From Saccostrea cucullata (taxonomy: Eukaryota), in contig NW_026936150.1 in NCBI RefSeq assembly GCF_032062105.1, forward strand, positions 186,001 through 250,000: DNA of 64,000 nucleotides. Reading direction: 5' to 3'. The notes under the pieces are model-generated. The model worked only from the letters and a program-made list of their open reading frames with translations, was not told where the DNA came from and ran no database searches. Shown one piece after another: positions 48,301-60,663 of the stretch. Position numbers and translations under genes: made by a program. Position 1 is the stretch's first letter. Each line of letters opens with the position of its first letter.

Positions 48301-51300
48301 TCCCAGTGCATAGAAGGAAAAGAACGTCCTATTGCATACGCCAGTCGAACTTTGACCAAAGCGGAGAGACAGTATTGTGTCACGAAGAAGGAACTTCTTG
48401 CAGTTGTGCACTTCTGTAAATACTTCAAACACTACCTATATGGTAAAAGATACACAGCGCGCACTGATCATGGATCAGTACGCTGGCTATTGAACTTCAA
48501 AAGTCCAGAGGGACAGATTGCGCGCTGCCTAGCTGGCTATTGAGGGTGCCTGACATGAAGATCGAGCATCGTCCGGGTACTCAACATCGGAACGCAGATG
48601 CGTTGAACCGCATACCCTGCAAACAATATGGGTTTACGGTAGATTGGCAGAAACAAAGCCCTAATGATGTTGTTGCACACGTTACCAAGGATGATCCAGG
48701 ATCTTTACGCAGTCTACAAGAGGCTGATGCACAGATTAAGAAGGTAAAAGATTGAGTACTAGCCAGCAAACGTCCAGAGTTCTCCGAGATAAGTGGTGAG
48801 GGCAGAGTACTGAAATCTTTGTGGTCACAGTTTAATGAATAAGAAATATCAGAAGGTATTCTTTACCGAAGATGGGAAAGTTCGGAAAAGTCGAAGAAAT
48901 TACAAGCCATACTCCCGATGTCTGAGAGACGGAGGTACTTGCGATGAACCACGACAACAAGTCCTCAGGGCACTTTGGACGGATAAGACAAAGATACAAT
49001 TGGCCAGGGCTTCAGGAGGATGTGAGGGCATACATTGCGGGATGTGATAAGTGTAGCCGAAGTAAAACTCCACTGAGAAACAAGAGAGCGCCAATGAAGA
49101 CTGCAATGTCTGGTGCTCCAATGGAGCGCATTGCCACTGACATCCTCGGCGAATTACCGGTGACAGAGAGAAGCGACAAAAGTTTGACAAATGCGACAAG
49201 GTGTATGTGTTTTTCCCAACAAGAAAAGATGGTACTTCATCGAAGCTGACCAGCTACTGGAGGGGCCCATTTGACCTTCTATACGAAGTAAACTATGGTA
49301 ACCGTGGTAAGACACAAGTAATTCACGTGGATAGACTTCGACTACAAAATCCACAAGTTCTGTATGGGGAGACGGAGAAAGACGAAGATGCAGCTAGTAC
49401 AGAGGATGTGCTTGTGGCGAAAGACGAAAATCAAGGTAATGAGAATCCCAGTCTTACTGAAGAGGAAGTTGAAAATAAACGTAAACGCCATCCTCCCCGC
49501 TGGTATGATGATAATGCTTTATAAGAAGCACCTAAGGCCAGCAAGCGAACCTGATTGGTTCTGTTTACCATTGGATTAAACAAAACATTGCATTTTGTTT
49601 TGTGCAATGGTAAATGTTGGTGGGTTGCATTGTTCTTGCTATTCTGTTGAGTAAAATATTCACATTTTATTTTGCAGAATGGTAAATACAATGACTATTT
49701 TTTTTGGGTGAATAGCGTTTCGGTTAATTAAAAAAAAAAGCCGTTGTATGTTTTTCGTATGCGAGGACGCATAAAGCTGGGGTGAGGTTATCCCTACTTT
49801 TCTCTTGTGGAAGTGCGCTGGTGTGTGGACTTCCCTGCCAGTGTCACTTGTTCGCTACCGGTAGAAACCTTATATACGCAGTACCAAGTGAATAAGACAT
49901 ATTTGCAGCATCTCAGGGCTATCCGTTTCTATCACGGATAAGAGCCCGCGGGGGTCCACAGGCAGTGACCTCCCTTGCACGTTACATTAAATTAATAACC
50001 AACATTATTTAAAATAATTACGCTAATCACCAACTTTCTAGTGTAATACCAAGGTACAATAATCTAATGTACCTTGACATCACAAGTTTTCAATTTAATG
50101 TGTAAGAAAAACGACACTGGATTATTAATTGCTAATTTATGCTGTCTTGTTGTTTGAGTGCTTTTCAGCACAGTGTTTACATACCTGCAAAAATGAGTTC
50201 CGCGTTCATGGTTCTCATGGGAATGTTGGCGTACATTTCCTGGGCCTTGTTGTTTCCCCATACTATGGTTTCCACCACCGTCCCAAACACGGCTTCTGAA
50301 GATCTATCTGTACAGGAAGACAATACAGGTATGTAGAAAGTCAAATAGGAGTTAGCAATACGTGCAAATAAATTGAAAACCATATCAACCCTACATAAAA
50401 AAAATCACTAGAGTTAATCAAGTTTTAGTTTTAGTAAACCAACGTATCAGTTTTTACTAAATTTGATCAGAGTTTTAATAGATCAAAGAACACGCTTTAA
50501 ATAAATCGACGTATCAAAGTTTCCAGTATGGTTAATAAAGTTCAAAGTTTCAAAGCTTTCACTGAACCAATGCTTCCGATTACGTTTATCTCACAGTTTC
50601 ATTTTTCACCCTAATCAATCATAGTATCAAAGTTTTCACCACAGTCAATCTTAGTTTTAACAATGGCAAATCCAAGTTTCAGAGATTTTACTTAACTTTC
50701 TTAATTTTTTTCATTATATTCAATAAAATTCTCAAATATTTACAATAGTGAATCAAAGTAGAAAAGTTTTCACCATAGAAAATAAAGTGAGAACTTTGAT
50801 ACTGTAATTTAAAACTATACAAGTAAACACTAGTTCCTATAGTTTTTTTGTAAGGGATCAACTTTATATATCTGATGAATGTCATAATATAAATGTATTT
50901 CACCTTTCAAATCTTTTGACTTAACAAGATTTTAGCATCTTATGGTCTATTGACCTTGACCTTTAACAGATGACTTTTGAATTGCGATTATGTTGCATCT
51001 TCACCTCATCAGAAATATAATCGATTTTCAATTCATCTTGGGTTCCAAATTACGAGTCGGACATGATTTAGCCATTTTATCTTTAAGTAGCTTTAATATT
51101 TGATATCTTATCGGCAAATAGCTTCACAAAGAATGTAATTTGTAAATATTCCAATTTGTAAAATCTGTTATTTTAAATGCTCTGTGAAATGGACATCAGC
51201 AGCCATTCATTCCTATCATAGGTGTCAGGGACGGCAGTCCTCTTGCTTAGTGACCTTGACCTTGTGTATGAGACGTGAGTTTAAGTAAACTGGATGACAA

Positions 51301-51994
51301 ATGACATTTCCAACAACATGCCAAAGTTTGAATCCATTTCATTTAACGGGTTGTGTTATTTTGTGACCGACAGATAACCAATCCAAAACCTATATATACT
51401 TTCAGTTGGAGTATACATTGTTCATAATTATTCCCGTTATAAATATTTTTGAAAATGCCTTTTATTCAAAATCCAGTAAAGATATACATGTGTACGAAAG
51501 CAATTTGGAGACTTTCAGAAATCAAGAGATGGTAAAGAGATTCCAATATCAAACAAGTATGATACTGGCTTCTTTCGTAGTTTTGTATTGTAGTGCTATG
51601 AATGGTAATGGTTTGATAAAAAGAAATGATTTAGCATATAATAACTAAAGATAAATAATTTTAAAAAAATCAAAAATGAATCACATTTTCAAGTTTACAA
51701 TTTTGTCCATCCTCCTTTTGTTCTTCAAAGTGTTAATTTAAAATAAATAAATGGATATAAATATGACTTACCACCTCTAAAGAATTCAATGGTAGCGTTA
51801 ACAGCGCTTCTGGAGGTGTGCTTGGTTCCAGCATCAACATACTTCCATATAAAGGTCGCGGCGGATTGATACAGGGCGCGTTCAGTGATACTCTGGTGGC
51901 TGAAGTCTCCGTGTTTTGTACTCTCCTGGGTCGGCAGGAAGCTGAACGCAGACCGAACCACGAGCACCAGAAAAAGAACCGTCTTCATCGCCAT
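39643..51994 (-). CDS. VWA7-like type-I membrane protein (~566 aa); exons 51994-51772, 50307-50185, 44205-44032, 43894-43816, 43689-43595, 42917-42732, 42562-42323, 40885-40766, 40654-40439, 40095-40025, 39816-39643
   Basis: Signal peptide MAMKTVLFLVLVVRSAFS; VWA7-family motifs FLP...SHQSITE, FYSNTNWVE, LTSGY, GKCSHGG, GGINKE, SPH..LH..A; vWA MIDAS VIDTSLSM, GGGDCPE, FYSDADPKD; RRKR; TM segment AGLIGVVLVLVVIL followed by QRRR. All intron phases chain correctly. Confidence 0.85.
41045..42307. mobile_element. Non-autonomous Helitron/HINE carrying a ~166-bp oyster Cg170/HindIII-like satellite array
   Basis: Ends aacaagaggcccaggggccacatcg(t)tcacctgag and gctcacttgagccttcggctcaggtgagctaaaaa; about 5 tandem units containing tgatttgaacaaa...tacactacctgaggatg; (ACG/ACA)n microsatellite. 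Confidence 0.85.
42986..43510. mobile_element. Non-autonomous DNA transposon remnant with imperfect TIRs
   Basis: tttgcccccaaaatcaaactttga versus tcaaaatttgacttttgtgggggcaaa; internal tgacgtca motifs. Confidence 0.5.
44600..49986 (+). mobile_element. Degenerate Ty3/Gypsy LTR retrotransposon in intron 2 of the VWA7-like gene (antisense to the host)
   Basis: 5' LTR ~44600-45130 and a partial 3' LTR ~49800-49986 share ...ggcagtgacctcccttgcacgtt(t/a)ca. Gag with CCHC knuckle CYFCRKPGHLRKNC (~46333); protease remnant (HTGA in place of DTGA); RT (SPWAAGVVLV, YLDD ~47824); RNase H (DTDAS); partly deleted integrase. Domain order PR-RT-RH-INT; many stops and frameshifts. The 5' boundary is approximate. 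Confidence 0.92.
45138..45155 (+). promoter_or_regulatory. Primer-binding site complementary to the tRNA-Leu 3' end
   Basis: TGGTGGCAACGGTGGGAT just after the 5' LTR; one mismatch to the complement of ...ATCCCACCGCTGCCACCA. Confidence 0.75.
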
Positions 51995-53176
51995 TACACA
52001 GTGAGCTCGTGCCAAGGGACAGGAAATATTTGAATATCCACGTCGCCATAATGTTTAAATATATCCAATGGAAGATAAGGGTTTTTTGTACATTTGAAGT
52101 CAAATTTAGATTAAAGAGACATGTCTAAATGCAGCATTAAATGGTGACCGATATCGCAGGATCTGACATTGAATAAAGTAGGAACGACCAGAAAGTATTC
52201 GATCTCTCATTTATTTTCTTCCTTATCTCTGTTACCTTATGAAGAAATGTTTAACAAAAGTTCATGTATTCAAAAAGATGTAACTAATGCATGTTTAGAT
52301 AGTATATCGAAGTGTCTGAATTGGCCTTTATTAACATGAATAAGAAAAGATCAATTTTTGAAAATTTGTATACCATCTCAAACAGACAGCCATTTACAAA
52401 ACAGCCTTGAAATCATTGTATCGATACTTTTCTGCTGCTGGTACATAAATACACCACAAATATTTGGATACATGGGTTAAACTAATGACATGGGTTAAAC
52501 TAATGAAGATTTTATTTAGAAGATTTTAATTTAATATATGTAGCATTTATTAATGTCGATATGGTACATAAAACCACTATATATATTTTTTAACAACTAC
52601 TTATTAGAGTTTTTGCAATGCAAAAAAATGTTTAATATCTTATTGTACATCCATGTGGAAATTTTAACTCCTATTAGGAAACCGTCAATTAAACTTTCAA
52701 CTTCGAAAACGAATTCTTATTAAAATTAGAATATTTATTCCAGGGGAATGCTTGCTGGGACAGTTCGAAATGTTTACACCGTCTCGCCGTTTTGATAAAT
52801 TGGAGCAATTACATATGAAATATTAAATAAAGCAGCCAGTCCAGTTATTCCGATAATAGATTAACTTAATTTCTGGTAAAAAACTTACATCTGACTGTCA
52901 AAGTGTTCTGAGGCTAGGGAATGTATGCGTTGCTTCGAATAAAACATTTCTTCATGAAAGACTTGCTATCACTAAATGACGCAACTTGGAAAAAGCTTTT
53001 TTCTCAAGGTACCGACTGCTCTTTTTAACCTGATCCACCTCTGGTGGTCTTAGTGTCCCTGTTTGCTCTGCTCACAATCTCTTTTGCCTCATTGCACTTT
53101 TGAGCATGATCACCCTTCGTTATCATTCTGATTCCGTTTCAAATTGAAAAAAAAATTGTGTTACTTCGGCAAACCT

Positions 53177-56100
53177 TTATTTCTTCCTTACCAAAAACTT
53201 AAAAAACGGTATTACATCAGAGCAAACCACCGCTCCTCCAAAAAATGACAGTATAGCAATACCCATTGCGCCGAAGCATCTGGCACTGAGTCTTGTGTCA
53301 TCCGCACTTACCTTGGTTCTTATCACAGAGGACAAGGTATAAGTCTTCACTTTCAGTTTTGATATTTTTTGTAGTTTTTCCTGCAGACTTTCGTTTGTCT
53401 TCCTGCATGTGCAGGTGCATATTGTAGAGTTATGAAGAGGTTTAACTTCAAAGATGTCCTCGGTGAGTAACGCTGTGTTCTGACTAGTAATAGGAGAGTC
53501 TTGGGTAGTAGTTTGGTGATTTGTTGTAAGCTGACTCGTTAATAAAGATATGTCTTCTGTAGAAGTTGAGTACTTTGATGTAAGTTGACTGGTTACAGAA
53601 GAAGAGCCTTCAGAAGTAGTTGTGTAGTTTTGTGTAAGTTGGCAGTTTGAATTATCAATGGAGGTCTGGCTAATGCATGGGTTAGGTATTGATGACGAGT
53701 GAAGTTGATTTTCTGAGTTTAACATGGAGCTTGTTGATTTGGCATCAACTGAATTAAGATCAATCTTTGTGTCAGGTGAAGTCAGTGTTGGACTTGGGGT
53801 TATTTCTTTCGTCTAAATAAGATTTTAATGCTTTAATACTGACCTGTCTCCAGTTCAAAAATTGAATGAATTGATATATTAATAGATCATTGTAGGCTAC
53901 AAAAGAGTAAACAGCACATGGATTAACAACCGTATTATCGTGACCTTTCCAAGTGTTTGTGTTACTAATATCTACAACAAGTGTACTTTTCAATATTAAT
54001 TTATATTTGATGTGATCCATGATTAACAACAACCTTACCGTGACCTTTCCAGGTATTTCTGTGGTAACTATTGGTGATGCTACAGGTATTTGACACAGTT
54101 CATCCTCAGTAAGTCCCCCCTGAAAGCTGTTGTACGAGGAATGATACAGCAGCCCTGGAAAATGTCATTACAAGTTTAACAAAAAATAATCTTGCGTAAA
54201 CATAAAACAGATAAATATTCAGAAAATACTAAAACAGCAATGACATTATGACAGCTACACAGGATAGAGATCTTCAAATTTAATAAGGGTGTGAAACGTC
54301 TTAGATTTTTTTGAAAAAAATGCAATGAATTGGTCAGAAAAGTTTTTTTTTATTAGCTGTGTTAAAAAATACATGTCAAGTAGAAAACTTTAAAAAATTT
54401 TATATATTAAATCTGGCTAGAAGTCAAAAATTAAAATCCATGTTTTGAGAATTATGCGTTATGTTGAAATACTGTGAAATACTGCAGTAAACAGGTATGT
54501 GCTTTGTAAGAATAACATAAACTTCAAACATACTGCGTAACAGCACATTCTAGAAACGGGAGTAGATCAGATGATCTTAGGAAACTCCAAAGAACCTTTT
54601 AAAAAATTTAAGTTACCATATTTTCAAAATTTTACAGTAGCAGAACGTATGACTTTTCCAAACTTTATATAATACTTCCTTGAGATAAATTTTGAAATTT
54701 TTTTTTGTTATTTTAGACCACTTCTCTTCAGTTAAAAAGAAATGGAACTTGTAAATGCCCACACGTTGTGATGAATCATCTACAAAATTACATTGTGGAG
54801 GCTGGAGTTCCTCACTGACAAACTGTTGGAATTTTGAAGATCACTTATTGTGCTCCTTTCTATGCCTATCTCTTTATGTTCATACAAAGCATAATTTATC
54901 TGAAAGACTTATTTGTGAGAAGGAAAACAAATATGTCGTGGCCTTCAACAAAGATACAATGTGGGCTCCAATAAATGTTCAACCAAGCCTCTTTCTTTAC
55001 TCCTCACTAAGATATTGACAGAAGTGAAGGAAAAACTTCAAGAGTACTGTACAACAATATATTCAAGAAGTGGCGTGAATCAGATGTGGATACTCAAAAA
55101 TTCCAAAGAACACTTGGACAATTTAAAATCACAAGATTTTAGCAAAATCAACAGTTAAAAAACATGACTTTTCAACTTTATACACAACTATTCCCCTCGA
55201 TGAATTAAAGTCCAGGCTTTTTGATATCATTGACAACTGCTTTTTCAATAAAAATGGAACTCGTAAATTTACTTATCTGGTCACTGGTCATTCGCAAAAT
55301 TATTTTGTTAAAACACATTCTGATTGCACACACAAGTACTCTGAAGTTGACATCAAAAAGATGCTTGAGTTTCTGATTGACAATATCTATGTGGTTTTTG
55401 GAGACCAGGTCTTCAAACAATCTATTGGAATTCCCAAGGGTACCAACTGCGCTCCGTTATTAGCAGACTTATTTTTGTATTGATATAAAGCAGAATTTGT
55501 GCAAAATCTTATGCAAGAAAAGAGAAAAACACTTGTTGTGGCCTTCAATTCCACATTTAGATATATCGATGACATATTGTCAATTAACAATGGTTATTTC
55601 CATTAATATGACGATACGGTATATCCTGGTGAGCTTGAGATAAAAGATACCACAGAATCTGACACATCTGTTTTATACTTGGATATTTTACTTGAAAAAG
55701 ACCTTTTGGTAATTTAACAACCAGGCTCTATGATAAACGTGATGACTTTAAATTTTCTATTGTCAACTTCTCTTACTTATGCAGCAATAAACCTTCATCA
55801 CCTGCATACGGCGTATATATATATATATAACAGTTCATTCGATACGCAAGAGTATGCTCTACGTATGAACAATTCCCAAAACGAGGTAAATTATTGACAA
55901 ACAAGTTAATGAAACAAGAATATCAGCAGTCTTGCTTAAAGTCATAGGTTCTTTGGTCGATACCATGACCATGTCAGCAAAAAACAATTTATCATTGAGT
56001 CAAATGTTGACTGACGTTTTTCATTCTTATTGTTAGTCCATTATTTATACCTGGATTGACGACGGATTTTGATATGATATGACGTTATTGTCTTCCATTT

Positions 56101-59100
56101 TATTAGATACTTAAGGCGTCTACTTACAAATTTCAAAGCGAGCAAGGATTCCGAGAGATATGTTGATGATATAGGAATTTCAAAAATGTCTGTTGAATTC
56201 AATTTTCGTAAATTTTATGCTTGTTAAATAACACGAATATAACTTTACACTGACTAGTATTCTGACTGACTTGTTTCATACCTATTGAAGACTTTGTTTT
56301 TATACTACTTTTGACACGGAATTCTCCGTCTCCTTGATCAATACTCAGGACTCACGGTGGGTGTGATCAATATTCAGGTCTCACGGCGGCTGTGATCAAT
56401 ACTCAGGACTCACGGCGGCTGTGATCAATACTCAGGACTCACGGCGGGTGTGATCGATACTCAGGACTCACGGCGGGTGTGATCGATACTCAGGACTCAC
56501 GGCGGGTGTGATCAATACTCAGGACTCACGGTGGGTGTGATCAATACTCAGGACTCACGGCGGCTGTGATCGATCAGCAGGGGATACGTACTCCCTCTAG
56601 GCTCTGGAATTTACAGGGGACCATATTTTGCTCTGATTAAAGATATGTATCGTCTTTTTGAGATAGTTGACCGTTCTCTATCTTAACATTTTCCACACAT
56701 GATTTAGCAAGATAGGATTAGTGGTAATAGTTATTTTATTGAACTGTCATCAAACGTTTATGTTGCAGTATCGATTTGCAAGCATGCGAAGTAAATAATA
56801 AAATTTGATGAATGAGATGTTTGAGATTTTTTAAGAATGTATTTTGCTGGTTGATTGTGATAAGTTAAAATATTACTGTCTTTTTGGATTTTTTGAAAAT
56901 CAACCTAAGTATCGTGTAAAAGGGGCATATGAAGGATTTGAAATATGCATGGGGGGGAGGCAAAGTAGAGTAATGGTGGACAAGATTAAGTTGAAAAAGG
57001 AAATGTGTACATACTTCGATGGAACATATGCGTTGATTGTAAATCGGATGCTGCTAAAGTCCATGACATCTGACTTTTGTAGGTCAGCAATGTACACATT
57101 GTTTCTTTTGATACATAAATACCGGCACAACTCGAATCACTTAAACAAGAAGAGGCACATCCCGAGGAGGTGAGGGTACTTTTACTGTCGAATCCCATCT
57201 TCGATATTGCTGACATGGTTGTAAAACAGGAGTCGGAACCTAAAAGAAGTGTTGTAACTCAATAAGAATAACAGAATAAATATCCACACATTGTATTTCT
57301 ATAAATATGTAACATGCAGCTGAATGACATCTTTGTATTTAGTTCATTAAGCATTTGAGAAAAAAAAAAATATATATATATATATAAATTAAACGTTTCT
57401 GACCAGACGGATGTTCACAAATGAACGCCATTGTTTTGTCTGCAGGACATGACGTCAGACTGAGAGAGTCCTTTGAAACATATCCGCATCCGGTTGATGA
57501 TGGATAGTCTCTCAGTTTATCGAACTTCTTTGTGATTCCTGAGTCAATGGAACAATCTCCCCAATGGAACTCCTGTTTTCCTGATGGATTTACCTCCATC
57601 CTCAAGCCAACCCAATATTTACTTCAATAAAAAAATTGTTAACGCCAATGAAATATAAAATCTCCCTTTGTTGACCAGTGGTTACGGTTAACAATATGAG
57701 GAAAAGGCAACCTTCGAAAAAAGTTGACAATTCAAGAAAACTTATAGTGGGAAAGAAAAAAAATTACATCAGCGGAAACAAGAAAGGACACAAAACTGTA
57801 TAAATAAAAAAAAAAAACAGCAAAAAAAACATTAAAAACATACCACCACTTATACGAGCCTGGTCTCGGATAAGTGAGTTTATTTCAGTAACCCTATGTC
57901 CATCCATTCCAGATATCTTAAGTCCTTTCAGATATATAATTATATTCACCCTAAGTCACAACCTATCATTCCGGATAATTTAGGTCCATTTGCATATATG
58001 GTCTAATATTTACTTGTTTCTTCCTCTTCCTTTCTCGATGAAGCGATAAAACGGTAAGGTCATGGAAAATTTTATGAAGTTGAATTGTTGCAATGTTTTA
58101 ATTTTTGAGATGAAATCAGTTTGATTTTGAAGGTAACTACTAAGGTTTGTAATTTCAAGCCAAATTAGTCGTGCCGATGGTGTAATTTTACTTTGCATTT
58201 GGCCCGATTGGATTTGTGTTAAGATCTAACATCAACTGTATTGGTTGAATTTACACAATATGGTATAATTTAATGTATAGATAACAGGAATAATTAAACA
58301 TATGAGATTTAAGGGATGGTTTAATGTAAGTAATTATTTTTCAGGAGTAAAACGTAAACAATCAACGATTACCTATTGTTGGGGGGGGGGGGGTCGAGCA
58401 TAGAGATCTGAAGTCAGAAAATTATTCCGTTTTAAGTTTTATTTTCCGAAGATGTTATGAATCCTGAAGAAGGTACTTACACATTTTGCCAAAATTTAAT
58501 AATAGTCTTCAAATTGCATTGACTTTTGAACATTCATGAGAATATTGCGTCACTTTCACTTCTGCATTAATCAAAGTACTGAAAGTATTGAAAGGTTGTT
58601 AGTGAATTTCATCATTGTTATGAGTTATTTACAGTTCGGTATCGTTTCATTTGTTTGCTGGTCTATTATTTTTTTTTAATAAATTGCATAAAGCCATACA
58701 CTGAGAAAAAAAAAATAAAAGGTCTTAGGTTGGTATAAACTATTTTCCCTCTAAGAAAGGGGGGATGGGGTTTTGTAAATTATGATACTCAACGGTAAAA
58801 CCATAGGAACTGTTGTTGTCCACCTGGTGATGACTGTATAAAGAAAGAACTTATAAAGTCAGAAATTGCAGATTTATTTTTAAGAATGAGCATTTTGTCT
58901 CAGGGTAAGCTGTCAAAGGCTCAAAGCACAACAAAGCTGTAGAAATTTGGCTTCATAAACTTTAGAGTAAAGCAGCAATACTCAATCATTCATATGCCTT
59001 AGACTAGCTGGATTCAGCCACAAGCAAGGAGAAATATTAGTACAAAGCATAAGTGTGATGCATATTGGGACAAAACAGTCATACTGAGAATAAAACGGGA

Positions 59101-60663
59101 AACATTTATCACTGACTTTTCCGAAAATAAAAGTCAACATTACAAAGAACTGCTATCATTACCTGCTTTCTAAGTTATATTTCTTAGAGTGCATTTCATC
59201 TGCCTGTTTTACAACAGTTGCCATTGATTGCAATTCCGCTCCTTTCGAAAGACTGGCCAGGGTCAAGCCACGCTGTTTACATGCCTGGTGTGCCTTGTCC
59301 CAAGAGAGTTTACTGGTGTGAAGCTCAAACCGACAAGATTCTCTGGAAACTGTAAAATGGGAATCAAATGAGATCTTATAGTTTCATTTTGTGTATTCTT
59401 AGTAGTAGCTGAACCTTGCATTTCAACAATAAGATTCAGGAGTAGAACAAATACAGACCTCCATAAAATATTGAAGGCGGGATAGGGTATCTTTAAGGAG
59501 TAAACATCCCCTACCGACCGTACACCTCCATCGTGTATTATCGGACCAAAAAATAACATGAAAAACCTCTGTCGGCATTTAATATTGTATTTGCTGATAG
59601 AACTTGTGAAATGATGACTTAAAACGAGACTGATGATATCCTTGTTTCATTAACTTGTTGGTTAATAGCTTGCTCTGATTTAGAATTTCAATCGTAGAAC
59701 ATATTTCAGGGTATCAGGGCATCAAATCACCTGGTAGACATATACTCCATCTAGTCTTACAAGGAATTCTTTAACAATACAGTATTTGATTATGTAAGAC
59801 TTCTAACAGGGTTCGAAGTGAGGAAGGATAGTTCCTCACCAAATGTTGCTTCATGTGGGAATATTTAGCGTGTTCAATGTTAAATTCACTGTAAGCAAGA
59901 AACGTAAGTCATTTTCATTTTGTAACAACATAGCAATTTATTGGAAAAATGAATATGATATACAAATATATTCGTCTATGACATTTTCAAGTAAAATAGA
60001 CATAATTTTGAATCGGATGTGAAAGAAGTACAACCTGTATAAATAAAAATATTCTGTTGTATTGATTCAGAAGAAATATTTCTGTACAACTGAATATACA
60101 GTATCATATAAGAAATCATTATTGTACAGGACGACAATAATTCAATTTTGCTTCAATCAAAGCTAATAAAAAGTTCATCCATAGCAAATATGAACAACAG
60201 AAGTTGATAAATGTTCTATTTTTCTGTCATTGAAATAGTTAATTACAAATTTGCAACATTTTTTCCCGATGTCAAACATGCAGCTCATATTGCTTTAAAT
60301 TATTTTTTTTGGAACAGATCGGCTTTTGGCAGAACCAGATTTGCATTAATAATTTTTAGCTATGACCTTTGAAATTTTAATCATTATCTTCTTCATCTGT
60401 AAAAATTAAACATTATGAACATTTACATATATGGAATAAGTTAAGTTCACCATGAAAGGATTAGACCAGATGCTTTCAATAGAACAATGATTCAGAAAGA
60501 TATGTTCTAATGATGCGTTTACTTACTTTCCAATATTTCCACGTCTTCGGCACCTATTCTCACAAAAAATGCTGATTTTAAAATCAATGAGAAAAGGAAT
60601 GTTATCAATGACAACATAATACAGGATTAATAGACACTTTCCTTTGATACCAAAAGCATCCAT
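53177..60663 (-). CDS. C-type lectin-like + PAN/apple-like + Ser/Thr stalk + TM protein; exons about 60663-60527, 59342-59163, 57621-57404, 57239-57015, 56189-56128, 54822-54765, 54154-54039, 53812-53177
   Basis: CTLD motifs SWDKAHQAC...LASL, YWVGLR, W.D, CGYV, SC...FICE; a C-x3-C-x5-C cluster; a T/S-rich stalk; C-terminal CTCTC...LSSVIRTKVSADDTRLSARCFGAMG plus a hydrophobic helix. The first exon and the 54.8-kb exon are less secure. Confidence 0.7.
54960..56080 (+). mobile_element. Penelope-like retroelement RT fragment (probably Naiad-type), longest copy, degenerate
   Basis: VNQMWILKNS, DFSTLYTTIP, GIP(K)GTNCAPLLADLFLY, FRYIDD, LYDKRDDF, SPAYGVY; the RT ends with no C-terminal GIY-YIG domain. 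Confidence 0.85.
56260..56690 (+). mobile_element. Penelope-like 3' end fragment containing a 29-bp minisatellite
   Basis: ctgactgacttgtttcatac...(gatcaatactcaggactcacggcgggtgt)x8...cagcaggggatacgtactcc. Confidence 0.75.
56336..56567 (+). repeat. 29-bp minisatellite x8
   Basis: Unit starts at 56336, 56365, 56394 ... 56539. Confidence 0.95.
59440..59700 (-). mobile_element. Old Penelope-like 3' fragment
   Basis: ggagtaaacatcccctaccgaccgtacacc and aaatgatgacttaaaacgagactg matches. Confidence 0.55.

Noticed and set aside
50139-50336. + strand ORF resembling a signal-peptide exon (MSSAFMVLMGML...)
   Set aside because: It is the antisense of VWA7-like exon 2 (50307-50185), which has correct splice sites, phase and family similarity.
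53935-53975. Partial duplicate of the end of exon 54154-54039
   Set aside because: The donor GT is lost at the homologous position; probably a dead exon copy.
54960-56080. In-frame TGA codons as selenocysteine in a Naiad-like RT
   Set aside because: The copy has frameshifts and other stops, so the TGAs cannot be told apart from decay.
56336-56567. 29-bp repeats as a CRISPR array
   Set aside because: Head-to-tail tandem units with no unique spacers.
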